From assembly GCF_009914755.1 (NCBI RefSeq), contig NC_060931.1: a DNA stretch of 64,000 nt; one strand, written 5' to 3'. This stretch comes from the human T2T-CHM13v2.0 reference genome, Homo sapiens. Shown here piece by piece: positions 34,939 through 49,369 of this stretch (positions are counted from its first letter, which is position 1; each line of letters starts with the position of its first letter). The notes below the pieces were generated by a model. It saw nothing but the letters and a program-made list of their open reading frames with translations, made no database searches and had not been told where the DNA came from. The position numbers and the translations under genes are program-made.

Positions 34939-36230
34939 GTCTCTGCCTTAGGCTTCAGTATACCTAAATTCTGAGGTGTGAGCTGCAGAGATGAGAAACA
35001 GCCAGTGACCAATCTAACTTCTTCCTACTGAAAGAGGACAGGGTTTGGGTAGGGGTCACCCACAGTATAAGAGGAATGAAACAATTTTGCAGTTGTCTGT
35101 ATGTATTTATGGGTGCCTGGTTTGGGTCTCAAGGTCTGTATAACAAAAACATTAGTATTCATATTTACAGTTTTAGTACAGCACTTAAGAGAACAGCAGA
35201 CTAAAAAACAAATAATGAGCCCTAACAAAGAGAGTGAGGGTCTTTGCTTCAGGAGTCCCTGCAGAACTGACCTGAAAATTTGAGTGATGCCGCTGAATGA
35301 CCTTGAAAACAAATCAGATTTGAGGTCACCAGTAGAGACTCAAAAACAATAGACCGAGTTGGAATCCAACAACAGGTATAATATAGTTTTTTACTTGAGA
35401 CATAATTTTTCTCTCTCCAGTTCCCTATTTTTACCAAAGACAAATCACAGCAGCACCAATTTATTTGCAAAACAAGTTTCAGTTCCATTATATTTGTCCT
35501 AATTATTTGCATAAAATGAATTATTTTCATAAGGAATTTGAGATTTAACCTTTTAAAAGCCTCTTGAGCCCAGCCAAGGATTTATCTGTGCCTACAGATA
35601 CCTGTACAAATTGGGTGAATTCCTGTCTTCTTGAAGTCTCAAAATAGCTTAGGGTTTCTGGGCTTGTCAGAAAGTGACATTCTTTACTTGCCACAGATCA
35701 GGAACCCTGCACAGGACAAGATATGAGGCCAGTTTCTCCAAGGGGCTTTTATTGGCTCTATAAATCAACCTCCGTTCCACAAAGCAGTCTGAAAACATGT
35801 CATTCCAGTAAAAATCTTGGTAAAAATAACCAGTGTCTCTAATTGTGTTCTGCTATAAAAGCTAATACCTATATTGCCATAAATTAAGAATATTCACCAA
35901 TAGTAAAGTATACTCCTGTGAGCAAAATTTGGAGCACATTTCTCTCTACCTGATTTCTCCAGAATTTGGAAACTATTGGTTGTAAGAATCAAAACCAAAG
36001 TAATCAGCAACATTTTGAGTAAAAACTCATGCTATTAACTCCTGCTCTACTTGATATTGGGCCAGCAATCCTTACAAACACATCAGCTCTCCATGAGAGT
36101 CCTCAAAGTTATTGTTCTCTATTTCAATGACACAATTTTTAAAGTTATCAGGAGCCCATCAGAGCACCCAACAGAGTCTGATAGCTAGTTATAAAACCAA
36201 CTTTTGAAAAGAATTAAAGTAAAACAAAAA
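34939..36230 (-). mobile_element. ERV1 (MER4-group) internal sequence adjoining the LTR
   Basis: TTTTCTCTCTCCAG...TTTTTACCAAAGACAAATCA...CCAATTTATTTGCAAAA...GTCAGAAAGTGACATTCTTTACTT typical of MER4-group internals. Confidence 0.7.
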
Positions 36231-36339
36231 ATACATTTTTAAAATTAAAAATTAGATGACACCTTTGTATAAATACTTAAACGTTCTGAAAATTTTCATG
36301 TATTCAAAGATAAGGAAATAGGGAATATCAAACTTTTTG

Positions 36340-38790
36340 TAACATAAAAGATTGGAAATATCATTACCATACTGGACAATAAAATCAGTGTAACTATGGC
36401 ACTGTGAAACAAAGAATTACTTACTTTCTGACTCATGAATCTCAGAGAAAACTTAGGCACTGCTGTGTTCCTCAGAGCTCGGAAGAAGTGTTGCATCACA
36501 AAGGATGGGCACGATACTCTGATGGTCCTCACGTGTGCTCCAAAAAGGGGCCTGGTAATGTAGTGAGGCTCTAATGAGACAAATAGGCTGCTTATAAGGT
36601 TCTGGAGTGAACTCATATTATAGTAAGCAAGATTTTGGAGAAAGGTTGGATGATAATCCTATGTGAGGTAGAATAAAGAGAACCAGTCCTATGAGAGCCT
36701 GTATCTATGTTGTTTCTAATTTTGGTGAAAAGGAGAAAAACCATCTTCAGATTGGAAAAGACAGATCAAACATGAGCAGGAAGGAGTAGGTGAGTTACTT
36801 AGGAGACACAGTGGGTATTTGTAGAGGCAAAGACACAAATATTGGCTCTCAAAACTGGCCCAAGTGTTTTTTTCTCCAGGCAGAAATAGGGTCCTTGTAA
36901 AACTCTCTGGCATTCTGAGGGATCAGGAAATCTTGCATCAGTGTGAACAGAGGTTCACAAGATGGGTAGGAACTGTTTCAATCTTTAGAAAGGAAGGAGT
37001 AGGCCATGGGTTACTCCTCATATTGTAAGTTTGTACTTCAAGACAGCATACTATGCAGTATGCCTGTGGATATGCTGGAGAAATGGACAAATGTGAGCTG
37101 ATTAACACTAAATGGTTGAAGCCTTATAACACAGATGATAATGCACTGAATTACTGACTTTAGTTTATTGATCTGGGTGATCCAGTAACAAAACTGTAAA
37201 GGAGAAATAAGGCTTTGTGCTTGAGCTAGTCCTCTTCAAGATGTTTTCAAAACATGTAAGATTCCTCTGCTCTGCGTGTAAGACTCCACAGTGTGTCAAA
37301 CAAATTGGCCCTGTGTGAAGACTCCATGGCTTGCAGCCTGCTCACCCTTACAGACTCCATTTTCCACACTTGCTCCCTGAGTGTCCCCAAGTAATCCCTC
37401 CTATGATGAACTTTGCCCTTTCATACATCTGAATATTTTCTCTGTATCTCCTCTGTTTGAATGCTTTTTTTCTTCTTTACCTCCTGAATGAAATGCTATA
37501 AATGTTTGGGAAGCAGTAGCAAGATAGGTTTTAAAATTAGAAAGACCAATTTTCAAATCTTGCCTCTTTTGCCTGAAAATAGCAGGACAACTGGAGCTGT
37601 TACTTAAACTCTCTTGACCTTAGATTTCTTCTCCGTACAATGGATATGGAGGATGTCTCTAATTGAGACAGTTGTTTTTCAGGATCAAATTAGGTAATTA
37701 ATATAATACTTTTATCACAAGTGCTCATGTAGTAAAGATTAATAAATATTAGCTGCCATATTGTCATTGCTATCATTAGACCCGAGGCTGGATCAGGGTA
37801 TCATTAATAGTCTGGGCTTTGGCTAGATGTACCAGCTGTGTGACTGTGGTGACTTTATTTAAACTCTCAACGATTCAGTTCTCTTATCTGGAATGTCAGG
37901 ACAGTAAGGGTTGTTTTGGGAATTAAATGAGATAATGCACATAAAACTGGCATGTGTCAAGCACTTAATAAATGTTAACTATTTTCATTACTAGTTGCAT
38001 TAGTCAGGCTGCCATAACAAATACCATAGACAGGGGGCCCACACATCAGAAATTTATTTCTCACAATTCTGGAGACTGGAAAGTCCAAGTTCAAGGTGCT
38101 GGCAAGGTAGGTTCCATTCTGTATGTGCTTCTTCTTGCTTATATGTTGTTCCCATCCTGCTGCATGTTCACATGACCTCTTCTTTGTGAACACCAGGGAG
38201 AAGGAAGAAGTTCTCTGCTGTCTATTCTTATAAGGGCACTAATCCCATCAGACCAATTCCTTACCATATGGCCTCATTCAACCTTTACTTACATAAAGAG
38301 CCCTCTCCAAATATAGGCACATTGGGGGTTAGGGCTTCAACATACAAATTTTGGGGAGGACATCAGAATTCATCCTGTAACAGTATTACTATTGTTGCTA
38401 TTATTTTTTAAGGTCTAACATAAATATCACCTTATATTTTAAGCCTTCTCTTACTTTCTCAGAATTCTTTCCTCTTTGTATTTATGTCTTTATGTATAGA
38501 GATGTATTTCATCTTAAAAAAGGTTTAAGTTACTGGCTTCACATACAACTGGCTCACAAGAAACTTCAGTAGAACTTTACTGAAAAAATAATAGAACAAA
38601 CACATTCATAGGGAATTGATATCATACTTATTATATGTGACTGTAGACAGCTGGAGTAGTTACAGTGGGTGGAAGTTATGTGGATTCTGGGTTAAATACT
38701 GAGGAAACTTTCTTACAATTAATGTTGACTGAAATTGAAATAGTTTGCCTCTGTGGTAGCATTACCAATTTATTCAGCTACCTTGTTCTA
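36340..38790 (+). mobile_element. Fragmented L3/CR1 LINE (pieces ~36340-37260 and ~38690-38790) interspersed with MIRs and an MLT1A
   Basis: Weak similarity, e.g. GAGGAAACTTTCTTACAA...GAAATAGTTTGCCT at the 3' end. Confidence 0.35.
37996..38382 (-). mobile_element. MLT1A-like MaLR solo LTR
   Basis: GGCTGCCATAACAAATACCATAGAC...AATTTATTTCTCACAATTCTGGAGACTGG...GGGGGTTAGGGCTTCAACATA. Confidence 0.85.
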
Positions 38791-39807
38791 AATAGACTTG
38801 CCCTAGTGACATGTTTGTGGCTGAAAACTACCTGAGTTACCTGGGGCAATGCACTTCCTCTTTATGGGCCTCATGTGTAAAATGAGAAAGTTGGTATAGA
38901 TCTTTCTCTAAATTGTTTTTCATTTCTTCTTTATTGCCATGGAGATGATTTTTTTTTTTTGGTTGTCACGTTCTAGAGTTTTATTTTTTTTCCTAAGAAG
39001 TCAAACATGTAGGTGAGTATTCACCTTAATCTTGAGCCCCAAGTTATCTGTTTCTTTTACTCACAACACATTTAGTTAAAAGAGCAGAAACTCACTTGAG
39101 CTAGCTTAAGTAAAGGGAGGTTTATTGTAAGGACATAGCAGGCAACCTCATGAGCATCCAATAATAAAAAATAAAAGAATTGGACCTGAAAAGTCAGATT
39201 CCAAGGCTATGACTTCTTCCCTGCCTAATGACAGCATTACATTTAAACTCCATTTCTCTCCCCTTGCCTGTTCCATCATCTCTCTTTTGAATTACTAACC
39301 TTCTCTGTTTCTTCATGAGTGTGCCCAACCAATGGTGATAACTGCCCACTCAACTCAATCAATAATGACACAACAAAAACAAATTAAGCCAGACTTTAGT
39401 CTCTATACCCCTTAATTCAGTTGGTTGAAATGAGAAAACTGATTTTTTCAGAACTAGCCTTGGATGGTGGCCCTTGGGTTGGGCCTCCCTTGTACCAAGT
39501 AGTTGTGGTTGGTGGTAAGTGGAAATAGGATCACAACTTCCAGGAACTACAAGTAGGAAAATAAAACTGACTGATAAAATAGCCACAGAGATGGTCTATA
39601 AATATGCAAAGAATCCTATAATAAACTGCTGAATTTCAAAGACCTTCAGGGAATGAAATATGAAACATGGTCTAGGGAAAACAGCAAGATTCTCAAGATG
39701 CTAGCAGGATAATGTGGACCCACAGAGTGAAGCCATGTTGGTTCCCAGTAAGGCTGACTTGAGAAAGTGTGCTTCTGTTGATATGGCTTTTCCTTTTATT
39801 TGTTAAG

Positions 39808-39929
39808 ATATAACATATATATATTATATATAACATATATAATATAACATATATATATTATATATAACATATATAATATAACATATATATATTATATATA
39901 ACATATATAATATAACATATATGTTATAT
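39808..39929. repeat. AT-rich minisatellite, 34-bp unit x3.4, ending in a 20-bp palindrome
   Basis: ATATAACATATATATATTATATATAACATATATA identical at 39808, 39842 and 39876; ATATAACATATATGTTATAT at 39910-39929. Confidence 0.9.
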
Positions 39930-39944
39930 ATATTTAATATATAT

Positions 39945-42900
39945 AAAGCAAAAAAAGCAGGGGTTGCAATCCGGTGTCTGATAAAACAGAATTTAAACCA
40001 ACAAAGATCAAAAGAGACAATAATGGTAAAGGGATCAAGGCAACAAGAAGAGGTAACTATCCTAAATATATATGCACCCAATACAGGAGCACCCAGATTC
40101 ATAAAGCAAGTCCTTACAGACCTACAAAGAGACTTAGACTCCCACACAATAATAATGGGAGATTTTAACACCCCACTGTCAATATTGGACAGATCAATGA
40201 GACAGAAGGTTAACAAGGATATCCAGGACTTAAATTCAGCTCTGCACCAAGCAGACCTAATAGACATCTACAGAACTCTCTACCCCAAATCAACAGAATA
40301 TATATTCTTCTCAGCACCACACCACACCTATTCCAAAATTGACCACGTAATTGGAAGTAAAGCACTCCTCAGCAAATGTAAAAGAACAGAAATCACAACA
40401 GACTATCTCTCAGACCACAGTGCAATCCAGTTAGAACTCAAGATTAAGAAACTCACTCAAAACTGCACAACTACATGGAAACTGAACAACCTGCTCCTGA
40501 ATGACTACTGGGTAAATAATGAAATGAAGGCAGAAATAAAGATATTCTTTGAAACAAATGAGAACAAAGACACAACATACCAGAATCTCTGGGACACATT
40601 TAAAGCAGTGTGAAGAGGGAAATTTATAGCACTAAATGCCCACAATAGAAACCAGGAAAGATCTAAAACTGACACCCTAACATTACAATTAAAAGAACTA
40701 GAGAAGCAAGAGCAAACACATTCAAAAGCTAGCAGAAGGCAAGAAATAACTACAAGCAGAGCAGAACTGAAGGAGAAAGAGACACGAGAAACCCATCAAA
40801 AAATCAATGAATCCAGGAGCTGATTTTTTGAAAAGATCAACAAAATTGATAGACCGCTAGCAAGACTAATAAAGAAGAAAAGAGAGAAGAATCAAATAGA
40901 TGCAATAAAAAATGATACAGGGGATATCATCACTGATTCCACAGAAATGCAAACTACCATCAGAGAATACTACAAACACCTCTACGCAAATAAACTAGAA
41001 AATCTAGAAGAAATGGATAAATTCCTGGACGCATACACCCTCCCAAAACTAAACCAGGAAGAAGTTGAATCTCTGAATAGACCAGTAACAGCTTCTGAAA
41101 TTGTGGTAATAATTAATAGCCTACCAACCCCAGAATGTCCAGGACCAGAGAGTTTAACAGCCGAAATCTACCAGAGGTACAAAGAGGAGCTGGTACCATT
41201 CCTTCTGAAACTATTCCAATCAATAGAAAAAGAGCAACTCCTCCCTAACTCATTTTATGAGGCCAGCATCATCCTGATATCAAAGCATGACAGAGACACA
41301 ACAAAAAGAGATAATTTTAGACCAATATCCCTGATGAACATCGATGCAAAAATCCTCAATAAAATACTGGCAAACCGAATCCAGCAGCACATCAACAGGC
41401 TTATCCACCATGGTTAAGTCAGCTTCATCCCTGGGATGCAAGGCTGGTTCAACATATGCAAATCAATAAACATAACCCATCACATAAACAGAACCAAAGA
41501 GAAAAGCCACATGATTATCTCCATAGATGCAGAAAAGGTCTTTGACAAAATTCAACAGTCCTACATGCTAAAAACTCTCAATAAACTAGGTATTAATGGA
41601 ACACACCTCAAAATAATAAGAGCTATTTATGACAAACCCACAGCCAATATCATACTGAATGGGCAAAAACTGGAAGCATTCTCTTTGAAAACTGGCACAA
41701 GACAAGGATACCTTCACTCACCACTCCTATTCAACATAGTGTTGGAAGTTCTGGCCAGGGCAATCAGGAAAGAGGAAGAAATAAAGGGTATTCAATTAGG
41801 AAGTGAGGAAGTCAAGTTGTCCCTGATTGCAGATGACATGATTGTATATTTAGAAAACTCCAGCATCTTAGCCCAAAATCTCCTTAAGCTGATAAGCAAC
41901 ATCAGCAAAGTCTCAGGATACAAAAATCAATGTGCAAAAATTATAAGCATTCCTATACACCATTAACAGACAAACAGAGAGCCAAATCACGAGTGAACTC
42001 CCATTCACAATTGCTACAAAGAGTACAAAATACCCAGGAATCCAACTTACAAGGGATGTGAAGGACCTTTTCAAGGAGAACTACAAACCACTGCTCAACA
42101 AAATAAAAGAGGATACAAACAAATGGAAGAACATTCCTTGCTCATGGATAGGAAGAACCAATATTGGGAAAATGGCCATACTGCCCAAGATAATTTATGG
42201 ATTCAATGCGATCCCCATCAAGCTATCAATGACTTTCTTTACAGAATTGGAAAAAACTACTTCAAAGTTCATATGGAACCAAAAAAGAGCCTGCATTGCC
42301 AAGACAATCCTAAGCAGAAAGAACAAAGCTGGGAGCATCACGCTACCTGACTTCAAACTATACTACAAGGCTACAATAACCAAAACAGCACGGTACTGGT
42401 ACCAAAACAGATATATAGACCAATGGAACAGAACAGAGGCCTCAGAAATAACACCAAACATCTACAACCATCTAATCTTTGACAAACCTGACAAAAACAA
42501 GAAATGGGGAAAGGATTCCCTATTTAATAAATGGTTCTGGAAAAACTGCCTAGCCATATGTAGAAAGCTGAAACTGGATCCCTTCCTTACACCTTATAGA
42601 AAAATTATTTCAAGATGGATTAAAGACTTAAGTGTTAGACCTAAAACCATAAAAAGCCTAGAAGAAAACCTGAGCAATACCATTCACGACATAGGCATGG
42701 GCAAGGACTTCATGAATAAAACACCAAAAGGCAACAAAAGCCAAAATAGACAAATGGGATCTAATTAAACTAAAGATCTTCTGCATGGCAAAAGAAACTA
42801 CCATCAGAGTGAACAGGCAACCTACAGAATGGGAGAAAAATTTTGCAACCTACCCATTTGACAAAAGGCTAATATCTAGAATCTACAGAGAATTTACAAG

Positions 42901-43759
42901 GAAAAAACAAACAACCCCATCAAAAAGTGGGCAAAGGATATGAACAGACAATTCTCAAAAGAAGACATTTATGAAGCCAACAGACACATGAAAAAATGCT
43001 CATCATCACTAGTCATCAGAGAAATGCAAATCAAAACCACAATGAGATACCATCTCACACTGGTTAGCATGGCGATCATTAAAAAGTCAGGAAACAACAG
43101 GTGCTGGAGAGGATGTGGAGAAATAGGAATGTTTTTACCCTGTTGGTGGGAGTGTAAAGTAGTTCAACCATTATGGAAGACAGTGTGGTGATTCCTCAAG
43201 GATCTAGACTAGAAATACCATTTGATCCAGCGATCCCATTACTGGGTATATACCCAAATGATTATAAATCATGCTACTATAAAGACACATGCACATGCAT
43301 GTTTATTGCAGTACTACTCACAATAGCAAAGACTTGGAACTAACCCAAATGTCCATCAATGATAGACTTGATTAAGAAAATGTGGCACATATACACCATG
43401 AAATACTACGCAGCCATAAAAAAGGATGAGTTCATGTCCTTTGCAGGGACATGGATGAAGCTGGAAACCATCATTCTCAGCAAACTATCACAAAGACAGA
43501 AAACCAAACACCGCATGTTCTCACTCATAGGTGAGAATTGAACAATGGGAACACTTGGACACAGAGAGGGGACCATCACACACTGGGGCCTGTCAGGGGT
43601 TGGGGGACTAGAGGAGGAACAACATTAGGAGAAATACCTATTGTAAATGACGAGTGGATAGGTGCAGTAAACCAACATGGCACATGTATACCTACGTAAC
43701 AAAACTGCACGTTGTGCACACATACCCTAGAACTTAAAGTACAATAAAAAATAAAATAA
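39945..43759 (+). mobile_element. 5'-truncated L1PA6-like element (disrupted ORF2 plus 3' UTR)
   Basis: ORF2 fragments from EN (GDFNTPL) through RT (LIADD) to the C-terminus with stops and frameshifts; 3' UTR AGGAGAAATACC...GTAAATGACGAG...AAACCAACATGG...CCCTAGAACTT. Confidence 0.92.
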
Positions 43760-43779
43760 GTTTCCATTCAACCCAAGTA

Positions 43780-46700
43780 AGTGCCTTAGAAATAAAATTT
43801 ATGGAACATACGATATTTCTTTAACTTTATAATAAATTCCTAAATTGTTTTGCAAAGTGCTTGCAACATTTTACATTCCACAAACAATATATGAGAATCC
43901 CTGTTCCTCTGTATCCTCTGGATGTGTCAGTTATTTTTATTTTTTAGCAGTTTAAATAGATGTGTAGTGCTATCTCATTGTGGTTTTAATTTGCATTTTT
44001 CTAATGACTAATGATTTTGAACATCTTTTTGTGTATTTATTTGCCATCTGTATATTGTCTTTGATAAATTGAGTCTTTCACCAATTTATATTAGGTTGAA
44101 TGTTTTCTTATTTTTGAATTTTCATAGTTTTTAATGTATTTCACACATGCATATACACACTCACTTGCTTAATCAAATGTTATTAACAGATTTTCCTCCC
44201 TGTGTAAAGCTTATACATATATATATTTAAAAAACAACATTTTCAACTAATTTTAGACTTACAGAAATACAGAAACAGTTTCCTTTTTTTCTTCACCCTA
44301 CTTTGTCTATGTTACCATCTCACGTGCTCCCTTAATAGCATTGTTTGAAGAGCAGAAGTCCTTAATTTTGGTCAAGTCCAACTTATCATTTCTTTTTCCT
44401 TTGTAAAACATGTTTTTGGTTTCCTGTCTAAGAAGGCTTTACCTAACTCAAAGTTGCGAAGGTTTTCTCTGTTTTCTTCTGGAATATTTAGGGTTTTAGG
44501 ACATATGTTTATAGTACCCATTTTGAGTAAATTCTGTATACAGAGTGAAGTGTGGATTAAACTTTATCTTAGCTTATTTTTTTGCAAATAAATATCCAAG
44601 TATTCTAGTAATGTTTTTTTTTTTTTAAAAAAAAACTATCCTGTTTTCACTAAATTTTGTTTGCAATTGTGTTGAAAATCTCTTGACCATGGGAGATTAT
44701 TTCTGTATTGTATCCTACTGCATTAATCTATATTCTTTCACCAACAATATATTGCTTTGATTACTGAATGCTATAAATCTTAAAATCAGATAACATGACT
44801 TCTCCAAATTTGTTCTTTCTAAAGTTGTTTCAACTCTACTCTTTTTGCATTTTCACATAAATCATGGAATCACTAAGTCTATTTCTACAATTCCCTGCTG
44901 TGATTTGGATTGGAATTCTGTTGAACCTATAGAATCACTTTGGGGACAATTAACATGTTAACAAATAGTTTCTAAAATAAGAATTTTGGGCTATTGATAT
45001 GTGACCTTTTTCTTTTCTAATATACAGTTATGTACTACATAATGATGTTTTGGTCAATGATGGACTCTGTATATGATGGTGGTTCCATAAGTGTACAATA
45101 TTATATTTTTTCCATGTTTATGTATGTTTAGAAACACAAATACTTACCATTGTTTATAATTGCCTATGGCATTCGGTACAGTGGCATACTGTACAGGTTA
45201 GCAGCCTAGGAGCAATAGGCTATACCATGCAGCTTAGGTGTGTAGTAGGCTCTACCATCCGGATTTGTGTAAGTCTACTCTATGATGGTCTCACAATGAC
45301 TAAAACACCTAACAACACCTTTCTCACAACATGACCCTGTTGTTAAATGATGCATGACTGTACATGTATACTGCTATAAATTTACCTCTATTTGCATCCA
45401 AAATTTGATATGGTATAATTTTTATTTCATTCAACTCAGAGTATTCACTAATAACTTGTTTAATTTTTTTTAACTTAAACCACATAGTAATTAGAAGTTT
45501 GCTGTATGGTTTCAAATAATTGTTTTGTTTTCACTGAGACCTTTGTGTTTTTGAATTTTAATTTGATTTTTCTTTACACGACATAGTTCATAGGATTCCA
45601 ATCTTTTAAAAGTTATTTAGAATTGTTTGATAACCCCAAATATGTTCCATCTTGGAAAATATTCACATACACTCGAAAAAAAATGGATTTTATTTGGCTG
45701 TGGGACAGAATATTTGATAAATATCAGAGTTCTTTTAAAATTAAGCTTATAAAATAAATAGCCATTATTTCTTCAAAATTTCTTCTTCCCTCAATTTTTT
45801 TCATTGATTCCAATTATGCATATATTGGCCCAAATGAAGTTGTCCTATAGTCACTCATTAGTACTCTTCTTCTGCCCAAATATTCTGTTTTGTTTTAGAT
45901 ATTTTAACGGCTGTATCTTCAATTTACTAATGTATTCCTCTGCTGTGTTGAATCTGCTGTTCCTTTCATTTAGTTATTGTTCATCTCAGATGTTGTAGTT
46001 TTCATTTCCAGAAACTCAATTTGGATTTTATTTTTTGTATCTTTGTTTCTCATGATTATGCTCTTTTCTACTTTCTTAAATATATAAATAAGTTATAAAT
46101 ATATAAATATATAAAAAAGCATATTAATGTCTTGTAAACTTATTTAATGTCTGGACATTTTTATCTAGATGCTCAATTTTGTGATTTTATGTTAATTGGG
46201 TCTGTATCCTTTTCCTCTTTAGTTGTAAGTTATATCTATCTTACATTGTCTTTCTAAGTATTCTCCTATTATTATTAGACAATTATTAGTTCTCTTTCAA
46301 GTTACCTTTAAACAGCTTCCTATTTTTGAAGCTTGATTTTAAGGCTTGTTAGATTGAACCAGACCAGCATTTAGTGCAGGACCTATTTTCCCCACTTTTG
46401 AATCAAAACCCTTGGGTTAATTCTTTCCAATTCCTTATGTATTATTTATTTATTTGTTTGTTCATTTTACTTGGAACGGTGCAAACAGTAGCTCTTCCTG
46501 GCCTTATTTTAGCTTTGTAGATTCTTTCACCTGCTCCTTTCATGTGCTTGTCTTCCAAGCTTCGGGTGTTTTCTGCACTTGCATGCACTAAGCAGTGCTG
46601 TGTTATACACTTGAGGGAGACCTTTTGCAAACTCTGGAGCTAACCTACCATGCGGTTCTCTTCTCTAGGATACCTTGTCCTAAAATCTCTAACTATTTTT

Positions 46701-46950
46701 GTTCTATCCAAACTCTGCTCTTCATCTGCTAACATCCAGGCATTCACTGGGCTCTGTCTTTATTTTTCCTTTTCGCTAGGACCCAGAATCTCTCTCCAGG
46801 CAGCAAGCATGGGCAACTGCAGTACTCTTACCATTTGCTTTCCCACTCATAGGGATTTTCAGTGTCTCCAAAAATGTTGTTTCATATATTTTTCCATCAT
46901 TTTTAGTTGTTTAAGGTGAGGGGACACATCTGGTTTTTGTTACTTCATCT
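43780..46950 (-). mobile_element. Old L1M fragments, antisense
   Basis: TATCTCATTGTGGTTTTAATTTGCATTTTTCTAATGACTAATG... and further antisense ORF2/ORF1-like text. Confidence 0.75.
45025..45360. mobile_element. Tigger3a (MER7A) DNA transposon
   Basis: TIRs CAGTTATG.../...CATGACTG, TA duplications on both sides, internal GCAGCCTAGGAGCAATAGGCTATACCAT. Confidence 0.9.
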
Positions 46951-48495
46951 TGTAAGAAACAAAAGTGCCTCTGTAAATGTAATTCTCATTGAGAAAAATA
47001 AAAACCAAATAATAACAAAAGGGCTTTCCAAAAAACAAGGTGTGATGGATCTCATAGTACTGATACAATAGAATATTTCAGAAGCAGAGCAAACAAGACC
47101 ATATGGAGAGAATACACAACTATTTGAATTACATGTAAATTAAGTAGTAAAACATATGTCAAAATGTCTATCACGGGGTTTGACTCAGATTAGAAACTTT
47201 AATATTAGGAATGGGGGATGGTGATGTTCTGCAATTCTGTTCATTTTCTACCATTAAATTCCTTTTTTTTTTTTTTCCTGAATCAACAGTGGTTCAGGAA
47301 TTATCAATCAGGCAGTTAGAGAGATGACTTACAAATCATAATACAACTTACAGAGTGTATTGTGACTTACAGAGGCTGCGAAATAAGTTATTTTGAATAT
47401 TGAATTGCCTGTTTTTCTTAGTCTAGGGGAAGTATTCTTGAAATTGGAATTCTGTTTTTAAGTAGAAAGCAGACATGTTTAGTTCCAATATAGTGTTTAT
47501 TTCTCTGAAATTAATATCAAAATTCAGACTATTTAGTGTTTAGGCCTTTCCAAAATATATTTTCAAGGTCTAAAAAGAGTTAAGCTTCATTTTGTATGAA
47601 TATTCTCAGAAGAATACTCCTCAAGTAAATTCCTACCACATCCTCATATTTACACTGCTTTTAAATAATGAAGCAATGCAAATTGTTTTTCATGCATATG
47701 GATTAGAACATTCAATTGGTTTTCAATTATGTACCTGACTGCTTTTAAGAAATTCCAAGTTTGTATTATGATAGCACCAGCTCCTTCTTTTTCTTTCTAA
47801 CCTTAAGCAATTTTAAGAAATCATCTGGCAATATTAATGGCATCTCATGAACTGAGGAAGAAAGAGTTCATGAAGCTTCAAAATAAAAGAAGTATAGCAG
47901 TGCTCAAACATTATAGCACAGGTTTCCTGTCTTGTCTACTGGATTCAATTCAATTAATGGCATTATTTGCAGAGGAGCATAAAGAACACTTCAAGGTGTT
48001 TACAAACTAGAAGAGCCGGACAACAGGGACCAGAAGACACACCCTGAGGTTCATTATCTACTTACTCATTCCTCTCTTTAATAATTCACAGGATTTGTAC
48101 TTTGCTGATACTTACTAAACAAAGAGCTGGAGACTGTCAGGAGAGCAGTATGAGGACACGTCAGACAAGAATGCAGCCTCTAATGAGTCTACTGAGCTGT
48201 CTACACTGATCATAATCAACCAGTCATGATAAGCATTCCCTTTTGTTAGATGCTTGCTCTGTAACTGGCACTTTTATATGGTTTAACTAGTTGACTCTTC
48301 TCAGTAGCACTGTCCAGAAGGTGTTATTCTTCCAATTTTATAGATGAGGTAATAGGAAAAATAGCATTCACTAAATTACTCAGGAAATAGTGGAGTTGCC
48401 GTTCAAACCAAGATCTATTTGAGTCTAAAATTTTTTTTCCACTATGAGGCATGATTCCATTTTCCTCAAGATTTCTCTCATAAATTAATATCTTA

Positions 48496-48966
<471 letters not shown>

Positions 48967-49369
48967 TTAGCTGCTCACACTGGCCTCCTTGATTACTCCA
49001 GGCACATTCTCATCTTAGGACCCTTGCCTTTATTGTCCTCTTTGCCTTGGAGCTCTTTCCCCAGAGATTCTTATAGCCACCACACTTAACTGCCACATGT
49101 CTGTTTAAATGCCACATTCTGAATAAACTCTTTCATGACCACACTATGGAAAATTGTAACCATCTCAGCAGCATTTTTCATCATTCTTCCTGGCTCAATT
49201 TTCCCATTGCATGTGTTAGCTTTTAATATATACATTTTGCATATAAATGTCTTCCTTATTTTGTTTATCGTGTCTTACCCAGTTAGAAAATAAATTTCAT
49301 GAGGCCAGGTATTTTGTTTAGTGGTGTAATCTCAGCTCTTAAAACAGTGGATGGTGCTTAATAGATGTC

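Noticed and set aside
37272-37360. AGACTCCA three times at 33-38 bp spacing (CRISPR-like periodicity)
   Set aside because: Repeat is only 8 bp, in a eukaryotic context with no cas genes; at most a decayed local duplication
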